A stretch of 47,888 bases of DNA from a virus (taxonomy: Duplodnaviria; Heunggongvirae; Uroviricota; Caudoviricetes), in IMG/VR virus record IMGVR_UViG_2718218397_000005; one strand, written 5' to 3'. Of this stretch, positions 11,179 to 25,353 are shown piece after piece. Made by a program: the position numbers and the translations under genes. How positions within the stretch are numbered: the stretch's first letter is position 1; every line of letters begins with the position of its first letter. Below the pieces are notes generated by a model. The model was not told the DNA's origin. It saw nothing but the letters and a program-made list of their open reading frames with translations, and ran no database searches.

Positions 11179-13736
11179 CGTCCACCTCCGGAGAACAGGC
11201 CACCATCACGCATCTGTGTCTGAATTTCATCACGGGCACCCTTGCGGGCCATGTCATACACCGCCTTCAGAGCAGCCGGACCTATCTGCCCGTTCGTGCC
11301 GTCGTTGTTAATCACCACATGGTTATTCTGCTCAAACGTCCCGGACGCCTGCGACCGGCTGTCTGCCATGCTGCCCGGTGTACCGACATAACCGCCGGTG
11401 GCATAGCCGCGCATCAGCCGGTAAAGATTCCCCACGCCAATCCGGCTGGTTGCCTCCTTCGTGAAGACAAACTCACCACGGTGAACAATCCCCGCTGGCT
11501 CATATTTGCCGCCGGTTCCCGTAAATCCTCCGGTTGCAAAATGGAATTTCGCCGCAGCGGCCTGAATGGCTGTACCGCCTGACGCGGATGCGCCGCCACC
11601 AACAGCCCCGCCAATGGCGCTGCCGATACTCCCGACAATCCCCACCATTGCCTGCTTAAGCAGAATTTCTGTCATCATGGACAGCACGGAACGGGTGAAG
11701 CTGCGCCAGTTCTGCTCACTGCCGGTCAGCATCGCCGCCATATTCTGTGCAATACCATCAAAGGTCTGCGTGGCTGCACTTTTTACCTGCGACATACTGT
11801 CCGTGGCGCTCTCTTCCCACTCACTCCAGCCGGACTTCAGGCCTGCCATCCAGTTCCCGCGAAGCTGGTCTTCAGCCGCCCAGGTCTTTTTCTGCTCTGA
11901 CATGACGTTATTCAGCGCCAGCGGATTATCGCCATACTGTTCCTTCAGGCGCTGTTCCGTGGCTTCCCGTTCTGCCTGCCGGTCAGTCAGCCCCCGGCTT
12001 TTCGCATCAATGGCGGCCCGTTTTGCCCGTTGCTGCTGTGCGAATTTATCCGCCTGCTGCGCCAGCGCGTTCAGGCGCTCCTGATACGTAACCTTGTCGC
12101 CAAGTGCAGCCAGCTGGCGTTTGTACTCCAGCGTCTCATCTTTATGCGCCAGCAGGGATTTCTCCTGTGCAGACAGCTGGCGACGTTGCGCCGCCTCCTC
12201 CAGTACCGCGAACTGACTCTCCGCCTTCCACAAATCCCGGCGCTGCTGGCTGATTTTCTCATTTGCTCCGGCATGCTTCTCCAGCGTCCGGAGTTCTGCC
12301 TGAAGCGTCAGCAGGGCAGCATGAGCACTGTCTTCCTGACGATCGCCCGCAGACACCTTCACGCCGGACTGTTTCGGCTTTTTCAGCGTCGCTTCATAAT
12401 CCTTTTTCGCCGCCGCCATCAGCGTGTTGTAATCCGCCTGCAGGATTTTCCCGTCTTTCAGTGCCTTGTTCAGTTCTTCCTGACGGGCGGTATATTTCTC
12501 CAGCGGCGTCTGCAGCCGTTCGTAAGCCTTCTGCGCCTCTTCGGTATATTTCAGCCGTGACGCTTCGGTATCGCTCTGCTGCTGCGCATTTTTGTCCTGT
12601 TGAGTCTGCTGCTCAGCCTTCTTTCGGGCGGCTTCAAGCGCAAGACGGGCCTTTTCACGATCATCCCAGTAACGCGCCCGCGCTTCATCGTTAACAAAAT
12701 AATCATCCTTGCGCAGATTCCAGATGTCGTCTGCTTTCTTAAACGCAGCCTCTGCCTTAATCAGCATCTCCTGCGCGGTATCAGGACGACCAATATCCAG
12801 CACCGCATCCCACATGGATTTGAATGCCCGCGCAGTCCTGTCTGCCCAGGTCTCCAGCGTGCCCATGTTCTCTTTCAGGCGGCGGGTCTGGTCATCAAAC
12901 CCTTTCGTTGCGGCCTCGTTCGCCGCCTGCAATGCCCCGGCTTCATCGCCGGAACGCTGCAACTGAGCAACATACGCAATCTGCTCCGTCGTCACGTTAT
13001 GGAACTGGCGTGCCATCGCCGTCAGCCCCGACGTCGGGTCTGTGGTCAGCTTCCCGAAGGCTTCAGCGACCTTGTCCACCTCCACGCCGGATGCAGAGGA
13101 GAAACGCGCCACACTCTGGCTGATGGACGCAATCTGAGCCTCACCGCTTACCCCCGCCTTAACCAGTGCGCTGAGTGACTCGCTGGTCTGGTTAAACGTC
13201 AGCCCTGCCGCCTGCCCGGCTCTGGACAGGACCAGCATACGATCTGCCGTCAGTCCCGCCTGATTGCCGGAAAGGACCAGCGTTTTGTTGAAATCGGACA
13301 GGGTTGAGTTGCCCTGATACCAGGCATACGCCAGCGCACCGGTCGCCACCGCCAGCGAGGTGGCCCCCACCATCGGCAGGGTGATCGCACCGGCAAGCCC
13401 CCTGAACATGGGGATCATCCCGCCGAAGGAGTCCTTCACCTGCCCCCCCTGTTGCAGCAGGATCAGCCACGGACTTTGCCCGCCTGCAAGCTGCGTGGCC
13501 ACGTCGGTGAACTGTGCAGGCAGCATACGCATGGCGGCTTTATACTGCCCGACGGAAATCCCCGCTTTCTGTGCAGCCAGCGCCTGTCGGCTCAGCGACT
13601 GTTCAACGACTGCCGCTGTTTTTTTCGCATCACTTTCCGTACCGGAAAAATGACGCCTGACTCTGGCCATCTGCTCGTCAAATCTGGCCGCATCCAGACT
13701 CAAATCAACGACCAGATCGCCTACCGGTTCAGCCAT
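11175..13736 (-). CDS. H: Tail tape measure protein H
   Basis: 853-aa ORF, coiled-coil-rich, Gly-rich C-terminal segment; lambda gpH-like (MAEPVGDLVVDLSLDAARFDEQ...). Confidence 0.9.
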   Translation of the reverse strand: MAEPVGDLVVDLSLDAARFDEQMARVRRHFSGTESDAKKTAAVVEQSLSRQALAAQKAGISVGQYKAAMRMLPAQFTDVATQLAGGQSPWLILLQQGGQVKDSFGGMIPMFRGLAGAITLPMVGATSLAVATGALAYAWYQGNSTLSDFNKTLVLSGNQAGLTADRMLVLSRAGQAAGLTFNQTSESLSALVKAGVSGEAQIASISQSVARFSSASGVEVDKVAEAFGKLTTDPTSGLTAMARQFHNVTTEQIAYVAQLQRSGDEAGALQAANEAATKGFDDQTRRLKENMGTLETWADRTARAFKSMWDAVLDIGRPDTAQEMLIKAEAAFKKADDIWNLRKDDYFVNDEARARYWDDREKARLALEAARKKAEQQTQQDKNAQQQSDTEASRLKYTEEAQKAYERLQTPLEKYTARQEELNKALKDGKILQADYNTLMAAAKKDYEATLKKPKQSGVKVSAGDRQEDSAHAALLTLQAELRTLEKHAGANEKISQQRRDLWKAESQFAVLEEAAQRRQLSAQEKSLLAHKDETLEYKRQLAALGDKVTYQERLNALAQQADKFAQQQRAKRAAIDAKSRGLTDRQAEREATEQRLKEQYGDNPLALNNVMSEQKKTWAAEDQLRGNWMAGLKSGWSEWEESATDSMSQVKSAATQTFDGIAQNMAAMLTGSEQNWRSFTRSVLSMMTEILLKQAMVGIVGSIGSAIGGAVGGGASASGGTAIQAAAAKFHFATGGFTGTGGKYEPAGIVHRGEFVFTKEATSRIGVGNLYRLMRGYATGGYVGTPGSMADSRSQASGTFEQNNHVVINNDGTNGQIGPAALKAVYDMARKGARDEIQTQMRDGGLFSGGGR

Positions 13737-14169
13737 ACCGGACTCCTCCTGCGATCCCTTCTGATACTGTCATCAGCATTACGTCATCCTCCGTCATGTC
13801 CGCCACATCCGGGGAAGCGGGGATAACTTCATTCCCGTCCGGGCCAAAGCGGACACCTCCGGCAAGCCCTGCCGCTTTCTGCATCAGCACATCATCTTCA
13901 GGCTCTTCGTCAGCCTCGCGCCGGTTCAGCAGACTGAAATCCAGCGGATGCATATCCGGATCGCTGAAAAACAGGCTGAGCACGGTGTACGTCAGCCCGG
14001 AAAAGTGCATATCCAGCAGAACATCATGAAAATAATGGGTACTGTAAAAGCGGTGCCAGTCGGCATACTCCGTGGATGACATCCCGGCAAGCATGGCACG
14101 CCAGTCGGGTCGCCCCATCTCACGCGCCAGTTTCAGGGCAAAACTCAGCTCACCGTCGAACACTTTCCC
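13729..14169 (-). CDS. T: T segment of the G-T tail assembly chaperone, expressed by -1 programmed frameshift from G
   Basis: ORF 13729-14163 in the -1 frame has no independent ATG (begins GTG) and overlaps the 3' end of G; lambda gpT-like sequence (FDGELSFALKLAREMGRPDWRAMLAGMSS...). Confidence 0.8.
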   Translation of the reverse strand, partial: GKVFDGELSFALKLAREMGRPDWRAMLAGMSSTEYADWHRFYSTHYFHDVLLDMHFSGLTYTVLSLFFSDPDMHPLDFSLLNRREADEEPEDDVLMQKAAGLAGGVRFGPDGNEVIPASPDVADMTEDDVMLMTVSEGIAGGVRYG

Positions 14170-14567
14170 GCAGAAACAGGCTCTGCGGGCCCGGCGTCCT
14201 CTGTCTGTTCAGGGGCATTATTCACCACAAACTCATACATACCAGACAGCCGGTACACCACGTTTTCAGCATGAGAAATTGCCTCCGTGGGCCAGGTGGT
14301 AAGCACTTCCTGCTCAATCTGTTTAACGGCTTCATTCATGGACGGCATCTGCGTCTTCTGCGGATGGTTATGCCACAGGGACATCGCCACCAGAAACGCG
14401 CCGGTTCTGATGGCGTCTTCCACAGTAAACTTCCGGTTGCTGTCTGACTCCGCCTGTTCTGCCTGCCGTTTCATCAGGGCGAGATGCTCAATGCGCTGCA
14501 GGGCTGACAGTTCAGAAAGCGTGACGGTCACACCGTTATGTTCAAATGATTCGGTTTTCAGGAACAT
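14145..14567 (-). CDS. G: Tail assembly chaperone G
   Basis: 140-aa ORF (MFLKTESFEHNGVTVTLSELSALQRIEHL...) ending ..AGKCSTVS; contains the slippery heptamer 6 codons before its stop. Confidence 0.9.
   Translation of the reverse strand: MFLKTESFEHNGVTVTLSELSALQRIEHLALMKRQAEQAESDSNRKFTVEDAIRTGAFLVAMSLWHNHPQKTQMPSMNEAVKQIEQEVLTTWPTEAISHAENVVYRLSGMYEFVVNNAPEQTEDAGPAEPVSAGKCSTVS
14163..14169 (-). promoter_or_regulatory. Programmed -1 ribosomal frameshift slippery site G GGA AAG (G to G-T)
   Basis: Minus-strand GGGAAAG (plus-strand CTTTCCC at 14163-14169) placed in the G frame as GCG GGA AAG, exactly where the T frame opens. Confidence 0.8.
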
Positions 14568-14582
14568 CGCTGACTCTCCGGA

Positions 14583-15323
14583 TTAACTGGCGGTGACGGT
14601 AATTTCTGCAACCGCAGCAAACTCACCATTACCGGATACAACCGGAATGTTGACCTTGCCTGCAGCAACGCCGTTCACGGTGATGGTCATACCACTGACC
14701 GACACGGTGGCTTTTGTTTTATCCGCAGACACCGCACGAAAGCTCTTGTCGGTTACGCCCTCCGGCTGGAAGGCCACGGTCAGCGTGGTGCTCTGCCCTT
14801 TCACCACCGAGGTGCTGGCAGGCGTCACGGTCATGCCGGTTGCCGCTGTTACCGTGCTGCGATCTTCTGCCATCGACGGACGTCCCACATTGGTGACTTT
14901 CACCGTGCGGGTGATCACTTCCTTCGCCGTCACCGCCTTACCGATACTGCTGACCCAGCCACGGAACACATCGACCGTGCCGTTCGGGAAGCGGATTTTA
15001 TAGGCACGGGTATCGCCTTCATTAAACCACGCCAGCAGCGCCTGCTGCCCCTGCTCTCCGGGCATCCACGCCAGCGTGAAGCTGGTATCTCCGGCAGATT
15101 TCTGCCCCTGCCCGGTCGCAGTCCAGTCTGCATCTTCATCATCGAGATAGCTGTCGTCATAGGACTCAGCGGTCAGTTCGCCGGGCGTCAGGTCTTTAAC
15201 TTTTGCCAGACGCGACCAGTCAACGTCTGAAAGCGGATTCGCATAAGGGTCACCGCTCCCCTTATAAACCCACAGGGTGGTCCCGGCACCTTTCACCGGC
15301 ATTGTAGGATTTGGTACAGGCAT
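14583..15323 (-). CDS. V: Major tail tube protein V (with C-terminal Ig-like domain)
   Basis: ORF 14583-15353; likely start at Met11 ([27 protein letters not shown]...) giving 246 aa, lambda gpV-like. Confidence 0.9.
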
Positions 15324-15330
15324 AGCGTCC

Positions 15331-15726
15331 TCACATTTCATAGGTAATGACATAAGTCAGATCGGCTGAACTCCACAGGCCCGCATCATCGTCGCGCCGG
15401 TAGTCATAGCCGCTGGCCACCATACTGGTGATCAAATCTGACAGTGCCGGGATATCGCTCATCACCGGATAAATCCGGGACTCCATCCACGCATCCAGCT
15501 CTGAATCCGGCACCTGAGCAGGCAGGAAAACTTCGATATGCAGCTCCGCCTGCCAGGTATCGCTGTCCAGCTCTTCGCCCGTGTATTCAGCGCCGGTGAG
15601 ATAAACGGCAACTGCCGGAAAATCCGCCTCATCAAAAACAGCGGGGCGACCATCAAAAAACGTCGCCCCGGTGTCATGCTTCTCCAGTGCATCCAGTACG
15701 GCTGCACGGAGTTCAGTATGTTTCAT
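15331..15726 (-). CDS. U: Tail terminator protein U
   Basis: 131-aa ORF ([31 protein letters not shown]...), lambda gpU-like. Confidence 0.9.
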
Positions 15727-16301
15727 CGCTTTATTACCATCCTCAGTTGATGCTGCAGCGCATAGCCCAGCTCTTTCGGAAGACGTTCACGCCGTATCCG
15801 CTCAATATTTTGTTTAAACGCCGTGGTCAGCGGCACCGCCATCGGGATTTTCACCACATCAATGGGGTAACGGTTTTTCCCGGCCACACGCTGCATGACA
15901 TGCCACCGGCCATTTTTCAGTTGCTGAATAAACGCGCCGGGAATACGACGGTTACCCACCACAAGCACGCTGCCGCCACCTTTCAGGGATGAACGCTGCC
16001 CCTTTTTACGACGCCTGCGGCGCGAAAGGACAACCCGCGCATTACCCAGCTTGATTACGGGCAAATCCCCCCGGTTAACTTTGATTCTGGCCTGCGGATT
16101 TTTGACCGTGGCCCTTTTCAGCCTGGCCCTTTCCTTTACCAGTTTCCGGCGTACCTTTGTCTCACGGGCAACCTGTGACGCCGACTGCGATATCGCGGAT
16201 GAAGCAACGCGGTTAATGGCCATTGCGGCGGCACCAGGCACCGCCGTTTTGCTGATACGGCTGAGGTTTTCAACGGCCTGCTCAAGACCTTTTATGGCCA
16301 T
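15723..16301 (-). CDS. Z: Tail completion protein Z
   Basis: 192-aa ORF (MAIKGLEQAVENLSRISKTAVPGAAAMAINR...), lambda gpZ-like. Confidence 0.9.
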   Translation of the reverse strand: MAIKGLEQAVENLSRISKTAVPGAAAMAINRVASSAISQSASQVARETKVRRKLVKERARLKRATVKNPQARIKVNRGDLPVIKLGNARVVLSRRRRRKKGQRSSLKGGGSVLVVGNRRIPGAFIQQLKNGRWHVMQRVAGKNRYPIDVVKIPMAVPLTTAFKQNIERIRRERLPKELGYALQHQLRMVIKR

Positions 16302-16312
16302 ACATCCCCCTT

Positions 16313-16666
16313 TCAGCGGCGACGGTTAACGGCAGGCGGTACGCCCCGTCCAAGCCAGAGATGACAACTTCCGCCATCATCCGGCGAAACCCGATCTACC
16401 CAGAAATTTTCCTCACCGATGGTCAGCGTGTCTCCACGCCGCAGCTGCCGCACCTCATCAGTCCGGACAAACAGGGACGGGCTGGAGCCTTCAACGCGCA
16501 CGCCCTGTCCGGCATAGCTGATATTTTCAGGGTCATCAAAAACACCACGTATCACCGCACCTGACTGCTCACCGGATGTAATGGTGGCTGACGTTCCCAT
16601 GTACCCGCGTATCGTTTCATCGGCGCGGGCAATGGCAGCATCGAACAGGTTATCGAAATCAGCCAC
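16313..16666 (-). CDS. FII: Head-tail joining protein FII
   Basis: 117-aa ORF (MADFDNLFDAAIARADETIRGYMGTSATI...), lambda gpFII-like. Confidence 0.9.
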   Translation of the reverse strand: MADFDNLFDAAIARADETIRGYMGTSATITSGEQSGAVIRGVFDDPENISYAGQGVRVEGSSPSLFVRTDEVRQLRRGDTLTIGEENFWVDRVSPDDGGSCHLWLGRGVPPAVNRRR

Positions 16667-16677
16667 AGCGCCTCCCG

Positions 16678-17076
16678 TTATTGCATTCTGGCCAGGCCGC
16701 GCTCTGTCATTTCGGCTGCCACACCGGCAGAGACACGAAACGCCGTTCCCGGCAGCACAAATGCCACAGGTTCATCCCGCGTGGCGTGAAGTGCATCAGT
16801 ATGCAGCTTCACCAGTGCCACGACCGTGACCAGTTCAGACGTATCCAGAATCACGGTATCCGGCTGCGCTGATCCCACCTCATTTTCATGTCCGGTCAGC
16901 ACATTTTCCCGGCTGAGAGGGGTGTCCTGACCGGCAGTTTCATCCGTGTCATCAAGCTCCTCTTCCAGCTCTGCCACACGGAGCGCCAGTTCTTCTTTCG
17001 TCCCCGTCAGGCTGACATCACGGTTCAGTTGTTCACCCAGCGAGCGGAGACGGGCAATCAGTTCATCTTTCGTCAT
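16678..17076 (-). CDS. FI: DNA packaging protein FI
   Basis: ORF 16678-17115; probable start at MTKDELIARLRSLGEQLNRD... (132 aa), lambda gpFI-like. Confidence 0.85.
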   Translation of the reverse strand: MTKDELIARLRSLGEQLNRDVSLTGTKEELALRVAELEEELDDTDETAGQDTPLSRENVLTGHENEVGSAQPDTVILDTSELVTVVALVKLHTDALHATRDEPVAFVLPGTAFRVSAGVAAEMTERGLARMQ

Positions 17077-17117
17077 GGACTCCTCCACAGAGAAACAATG
17101 GCCCCGAAGGGCCATGA

Positions 17118-18143
17118 TTACGCCAGTTGTACGGACACGAACTCATCAGGGTCAGCCAGCAGCATCAGCGGTGCTGACTGAATCATGGTGAACTCACGCG
17201 CCGGATCGCCGGTGGTCACCCAGTTTTTCGGGTAACGGGCAGAGGCGTTAATGCCTTCGCGCTGTGCGTCCGCATCCTGAATGCAGCCATAGGTGCGCAG
17301 ACCGCGTGCCTGAGTGTTCCCCAGCACCATCGTGTTGTCCGGCAGGAAGTTCTTTTTGACGCCGTTTTCCACGTACTGTCCGGAATACACGACGATGGCC
17401 ACATCGCCATACATCCCCTTATAGGACACCGCTTTACCCAGGTCTTTCACCGCTGTCTCCAGCTCGGAATTAGAGCCACGACGGGTATCCAGCTTCTCCT
17501 TGACGGCTTTGAAGGAACGGAACAGCGCCCAGCCTTTCGGATCGAACACGATGATATTCACCACACCGCTGGCGTTCAGCGCGTAGGCTTCGATATCGTC
17601 GGTCGGGTCATACGTGGACTTGTCACGCTTGCTCCACTCCGTGCCGCCGGACTGCGTGATGTTATTCTCCTCACTGCGGCCCATATCCACCTCAACCGGA
17701 TCGAAGGCTTCACCGGTCATGGTGTATTTGCCCTTAAGCACGGCAGAAACTGCCTGCATCTCTTCGACCTGAGCAATAGCCAGCTCTTCGTCACGCATGT
17801 TCTGCATGATGATGCGACGGCGGCGGTAAGCCGGGTCCGCCAGATTCTGCGGATCTTCATCCGGCAGGCGACGCAGGGTCATCTGCGGATTCACTTCATG
17901 CTTCGGCTTGACATATCCCGGCGTAAATTCAGAGGTGGAGCCGCCACGGGAACGGATAACCTCACCGGAAACAATCGGCGAAACGTACAGCGCCATGTTT
18001 ACCAGTCCCGGAATTTGTGAGAGATAGACTTTCTCCGTGGTGAAGGGATAGCTCTCACGGAAAAAGAGACGCAGAAACAGCGGATCAAACTTAAATTTCT
18101 GCTCATTTGCCGCCAGCAGTTGGGCGGTTGTGTACATCGACAT
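17118..18143 (-). CDS. E: Major capsid protein E
   Basis: ORF 17118-18170; probable start MSMYTTAQLLAANEQKFKFDPLFLRLFFRE... (341 aa), lambda gpE-like. Confidence 0.9.
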   Translation of the reverse strand: MSMYTTAQLLAANEQKFKFDPLFLRLFFRESYPFTTEKVYLSQIPGLVNMALYVSPIVSGEVIRSRGGSTSEFTPGYVKPKHEVNPQMTLRRLPDEDPQNLADPAYRRRRIIMQNMRDEELAIAQVEEMQAVSAVLKGKYTMTGEAFDPVEVDMGRSEENNITQSGGTEWSKRDKSTYDPTDDIEAYALNASGVVNIIVFDPKGWALFRSFKAVKEKLDTRRGSNSELETAVKDLGKAVSYKGMYGDVAIVVYSGQYVENGVKKNFLPDNTMVLGNTQARGLRTYGCIQDADAQREGINASARYPKNWVTTGDPAREFTMIQSAPLMLLADPDEFVSVQLA

Positions 18144-18198
18144 AAAAAAATCCCGTAAAAAAAGCCGCACAGGCGGCCTTTAGTGATGAAGGGTAAAG

Positions 18199-18530
18199 TT
18201 AAACGATGCTGATTGCCGTTCCGGCAAACGCGGTCCGTTTTTTCGTCTCGTCGCTGGCAGCCTCCGGCCAGAGCACATCCTCATAACGGAACGTGCCGGA
18301 CTTGTAGAACGTCAGCGTGGTGCTGGTCTGGTCAGCAGCAACCGCAAGAATGCCAACGGCAGCACCGTCGGTGGTGCCATCCCACGCAACCAGCTTACGG
18401 CTGGAGGTGTCCAGCATCAGCGGGGTCATTGCAGGCGCTTTCGCACTCAATCCGCCGGGCGCAGTTGCGGTATGAGCCGGGTCACTGTTGCCTGCGGCTG
18501 GTAATGGGTAAAGGTTTCTTTGCTCGTCAT
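18199..18530 (-). pseudogene. D: Capsid decoration protein D, interrupted by a 1-nt deletion frameshift
   Basis: ATG at 18530 with SD AAGGGA encodes [13 protein letters not shown] then shifts out of frame (stop at 18447-18449); remaining gpD sequence [27 protein letters not shown]...AISIV continues in the adjacent frame to the stop at 18199; span is 332 nt, not a multiple of 3. Confidence 0.75.
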
Positions 18531-18539
18531 AAACATCCC

Positions 18540-19839
18540 TTACACTGGTGTGTTCAGCAAATCGTTAACGGCATCAGATGCCGGGTTACCTGCAGCCAGC
18601 GGTGCCGGTGCCCCCTGCATCAGACGATCCAGCGCAGTGTCACTGCGCGCCTGTGCACTCTGTGGTGCTGCGGCCAGAATGCGGCGGGCCGTTTTCACGG
18701 TCATACCGGGGGTTTCTGCCAGCACGCGTGCCTGTTCTTCGCGTCCGTGAGCCTCCTCACAGTTGAGGATCCCCATAATGCGGCTGTTTTCTGCCGCAAC
18801 CGCTGCGGTGATCTGCGCGTTCACGTCCGGCTGCGCCGCGCTGGCGTTCTCGCCCTCCGTCGCTGGCACCACGTCAGTAACGTCAGCCTGCGAAGCAGTG
18901 GCTGAAACAGTTGTTGATTGAGTCTCTTTGGTCATTCGCCCTCCTGAGAGACGGGATTTACGTGCATCCAGTGCATCACGCATGACGGTGATCGCATCGG
19001 TGCTGTTAACAAGTTCATCAGCCAGTCCGGCATCAATGGCCTCCTGACCGCTGTACACTGCAGCCTCGGTATCCAGCACAGCCTGCACGGACAGGCCGGT
19101 ATATGCCGACACCTTCTGCGCAAACATCCGGCGGGTTGCGTCCATCCGGGACTGCAGTGTCTCCCGGACGTCATCCGGAAGATGGCTGTAGGGGTTGCCA
19201 TCCACCTTATGGCTGCCGCTGTAAATCAGCGTGATTTCCACACCCTGTTTCTCCAGCGCAGCACCGTAATTACTGTGAGCCATCATGACGCCGATGGAGC
19301 CTGTCCGGGCGGTCTGCGTGACCAGACGCCGGGAGGCGGCACTGGCAAGCAACTGACCTGCACTGCAGTTCATGTCGTTGGCAAGCGCCCATACCGGTTT
19401 TATGTCACGCACACGGGCGATGATGTCAGCGCAGTCAAATGCCCCCGCCACCATCCCGCCGGGCGTGTCCATATCGAGCAGAATGCCGTCCACCATCGGA
19501 TCGCTGGCAGCCTGTTGCAGACGGGCGATAATGCCGTTGTAACCGGTCATCCCCGAGTACGGCTGCAGCGCCCGCGTCCGGCTGACCAGCGTGCCGGACA
19601 CCGGCAGCACGGCGATGCCGTTCATGACCTGATAACTGCGGGCCTGTCGTGGTCCGTCATCATCACCGGATAATGCCAGCGTCGCGAGTGCCTCCTGGGC
19701 AGTCAGGCTGTCGCCGGACACCGCATCCGTCAGGCGGCTGATCCCAAGCTGGCCTGCAAGCGCACAAAAGAAAACCCGCGCATAGGCGGGTTCAAGCATC
19801 AGCGGCTCATTAAAGGCCATGCTGGCAATATGCGGGAGA

Positions 19840-19859
<20 letters not shown>
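18540..19859 (-). CDS. C: Prohead protease/scaffold C (S49 peptidase family; Nu3 scaffold is the in-frame C-terminal part)
   Basis: ORF 18540-19994; lambda gpC-like sequence begins at GTG (V)[20 protein letters not shown]... giving 439 aa; 20-nt overlap with B as in lambda. Confidence 0.85.
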
Positions 19860-23540
<3,681 letters not shown>

Positions 23541-23566
<26 letters not shown>

Positions 23567-24086
23567 TCAGCAACCCCGGTATCAGTTCATCCAGCGCGGC
23601 TGCTTTGTTCATGGCTTTGATGATATCCCGTTTCAGGAAATCAACATGTCGGTTTTCCAGTTCCGGAAAACGCCGCTGCACCGACAGGGGGAGCCCGTCG
23701 AGAATACTGGCAATTTCACCTGCGATCCGCGACAACACGAAAGTACAGAATGCGGTTTCCACCACTTCAGCGGAGTCTCTGGCATTCTTCAGTTCCTGTG
23801 CGTCGGCCTGCGCACGCGTAAGTCGATGGCGTTCGTACTCAATAGTTCCTGGCTGGAGATCTGCCTCGCTGGCCTGCCGCAGTTCTTCAACCTCCCGGCG
23901 CAGCTTTTCGTTCTCAATTTCAGCATCCCTTTCGGCATACCATTTTATGACGGCGGCAGAGTCATAAAGCACCTCATTACCCTTGCCACCGCCTCGCAGA
24001 ACGGGCATTCCCTGTTCCTGCCAGTTCTGAATGGTACGGATACTCGCACCGAAAATGTCAGCCAGCTGCTTTTTGTTGACTTCCAT
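23541..24086 (-). CDS. nu1: Terminase small subunit Nu1
   Basis: 181-aa ORF with N-terminal winged HTH (MEVNKKQLADIFGASIRTIQNWQEQGMPV...), lambda Nu1-like. Confidence 0.9.
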
Positions 24087-24263
24087 TGTTCATTCCACGG
24101 CCAAAAACAGAGAAAGGAAACGACAAAGGCCCAAAAGTTCGTTTTCAGCACCTGTCGTTTCCTTTCTTTTCAGGGGGTATTTTAAATAAAAACATTAAGT
24201 TACGACGAAGAAGAACGGAAACGCCTTAAACCGGAAAATTTTCATAAATAGCGAAAACCCGCG

Positions 24264-24275
24264 AGGTCGCCGCCC
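24264..24275. other. cos: cos site (cosN 12-nt cohesive-end sequence)
   Basis: Plus strand AGGTCGCCGCCC at 24264-24275 is the reverse complement of the lambda left cohesive end GGGCGGCGACCT; about 180 bp upstream of Nu1, with cosB-like context. Confidence 0.85.
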
Positions 24276-24474
24276 CGTAACCTGTCGGATCGCCGGAAAG
24301 GACCCGAAAAATGATAATAATTATCATCTACATATCACAACGTGCATCTACGCCATCAAACCACGTCAAATAATCAATTATGACGCAGGTATCGTATTAA
24401 TTGATCTGCATCAACTTAACGTAAAAACAACTTCAGACAATACAAATCAGCGACACTGAATACGGGGCAACCTC

Positions 24475-24669
24475 ATGTCAACTAAGAACAGAACCCGCAG
24501 AACAACAACCCGCAACATCCGCTTTCCTAACCAAATGATTGAACAAATTAACATCGCTCTTGAGCAAAAAGGGTCTGGGAATTTCTCAGCCTGGGTCATT
24601 GAAGCCTGCCGTCGGAGACTAACGTCAGAAAAGAGAGCATATACATCAATCCAAAGTGATGATGAATAA
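24475..24669 (+). CDS. Small basic protein, YlcI-like (DUF3950-type), cos-proximal
   Basis: 64-aa ORF MSTKNRTRRTTTRNIRFPNQMIEQINIALEQKGSGNFSAWVIEACRRRL...; Arg-rich N-terminus with ribbon-helix-helix-like core; position as in DLP12. Confidence 0.6.
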   Translation: MSTKNRTRRTTTRNIRFPNQMIEQINIALEQKGSGNFSAWVIEACRRRLTSEKRAYTSIQSDDE

Positions 24670-25028
24670 ACATCCCGGTTTCTTCCACCATCGCACCGGA
24701 AAAGCGACTATGAGGGTAACCCTGCGTCTGTCAGCACAGTAAAACCCGGTGTGCATCGTTTTTGATTATTCCCGCACACTCACGCAGAAGGAATTCCCCG
24801 TCGGGCTACGGTCATGGTTAATGCGGGAATACGGCGACGATACAGCGCAGCTAAAAGGGTAATGGACAGAAAGAGCGGTTTATTTCATTCCACAGGATTC
24901 TGAGTGCCCCCCTCCTCCAATAGGCTGAGCATCCACCTATATAGTTTTAATTTTCATCAATCCATTTAACTATCGTTTAATTGTTGTCACATAGGATTCT
25001 GCCGTTTTTAACAATGCAGGATAATAAG

Positions 25029-25322
25029 ATGAAAAAAATGTTGTTTTCTGCCGCTCTGGCAATGCTTATTACAGGATGTGCTCAACAGACGTTTACTGTT
25101 GGAAACAAACCGACAGCAGTAACACCAAAGGAAACCATCACCCATCACTTCTTCGTTTCGGGAATTGGACAGGAGAAAACTGTTGATGCAGCCAAAATTT
25201 GTGGCGGCGCAGAAAATGTTGTTAAAACAGAAACCCAGCAAACATTCGTAAATGGATTGCTCGGTTTTATTACTTTAGGCATTTATACTCCGCTGGAAGC
25301 GCGTGTGTATTGCTCACAATAA
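25029..25322 (+). CDS. bor: Bor lipoprotein (serum-resistance-associated)
   Basis: ORF 24981-25322; probable start MKKMLFSAALAMLITGCAQQTFTV... (lipobox LITGC), 97 aa, lambda Bor-like; opposite strand to lysis genes. Confidence 0.85.
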   Translation: MKKMLFSAALAMLITGCAQQTFTVGNKPTAVTPKETITHHFFVSGIGQEKTVDAAKICGGAENVVKTETQQTFVNGLLGFITLGIYTPLEARVYCSQ

Positions 25323-25353
25323 TTGCATGAGTTGCCCATCGATATGGGCAGCT

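Noticed and set aside
11566-13178. Several plus-strand ORFs of 85-192 aa overlapping tape measure gene H
   Set aside because: Antisense to H, low-complexity Ser/Arg/Cys-rich products, no translation signals; treated as artefacts.
24670-25028. Possible small genes or RNA in the ylcI-bor intergenic region
   Set aside because: Only very short ORFs without RBS; no convincing hairpin or promoter pattern; left unannotated.
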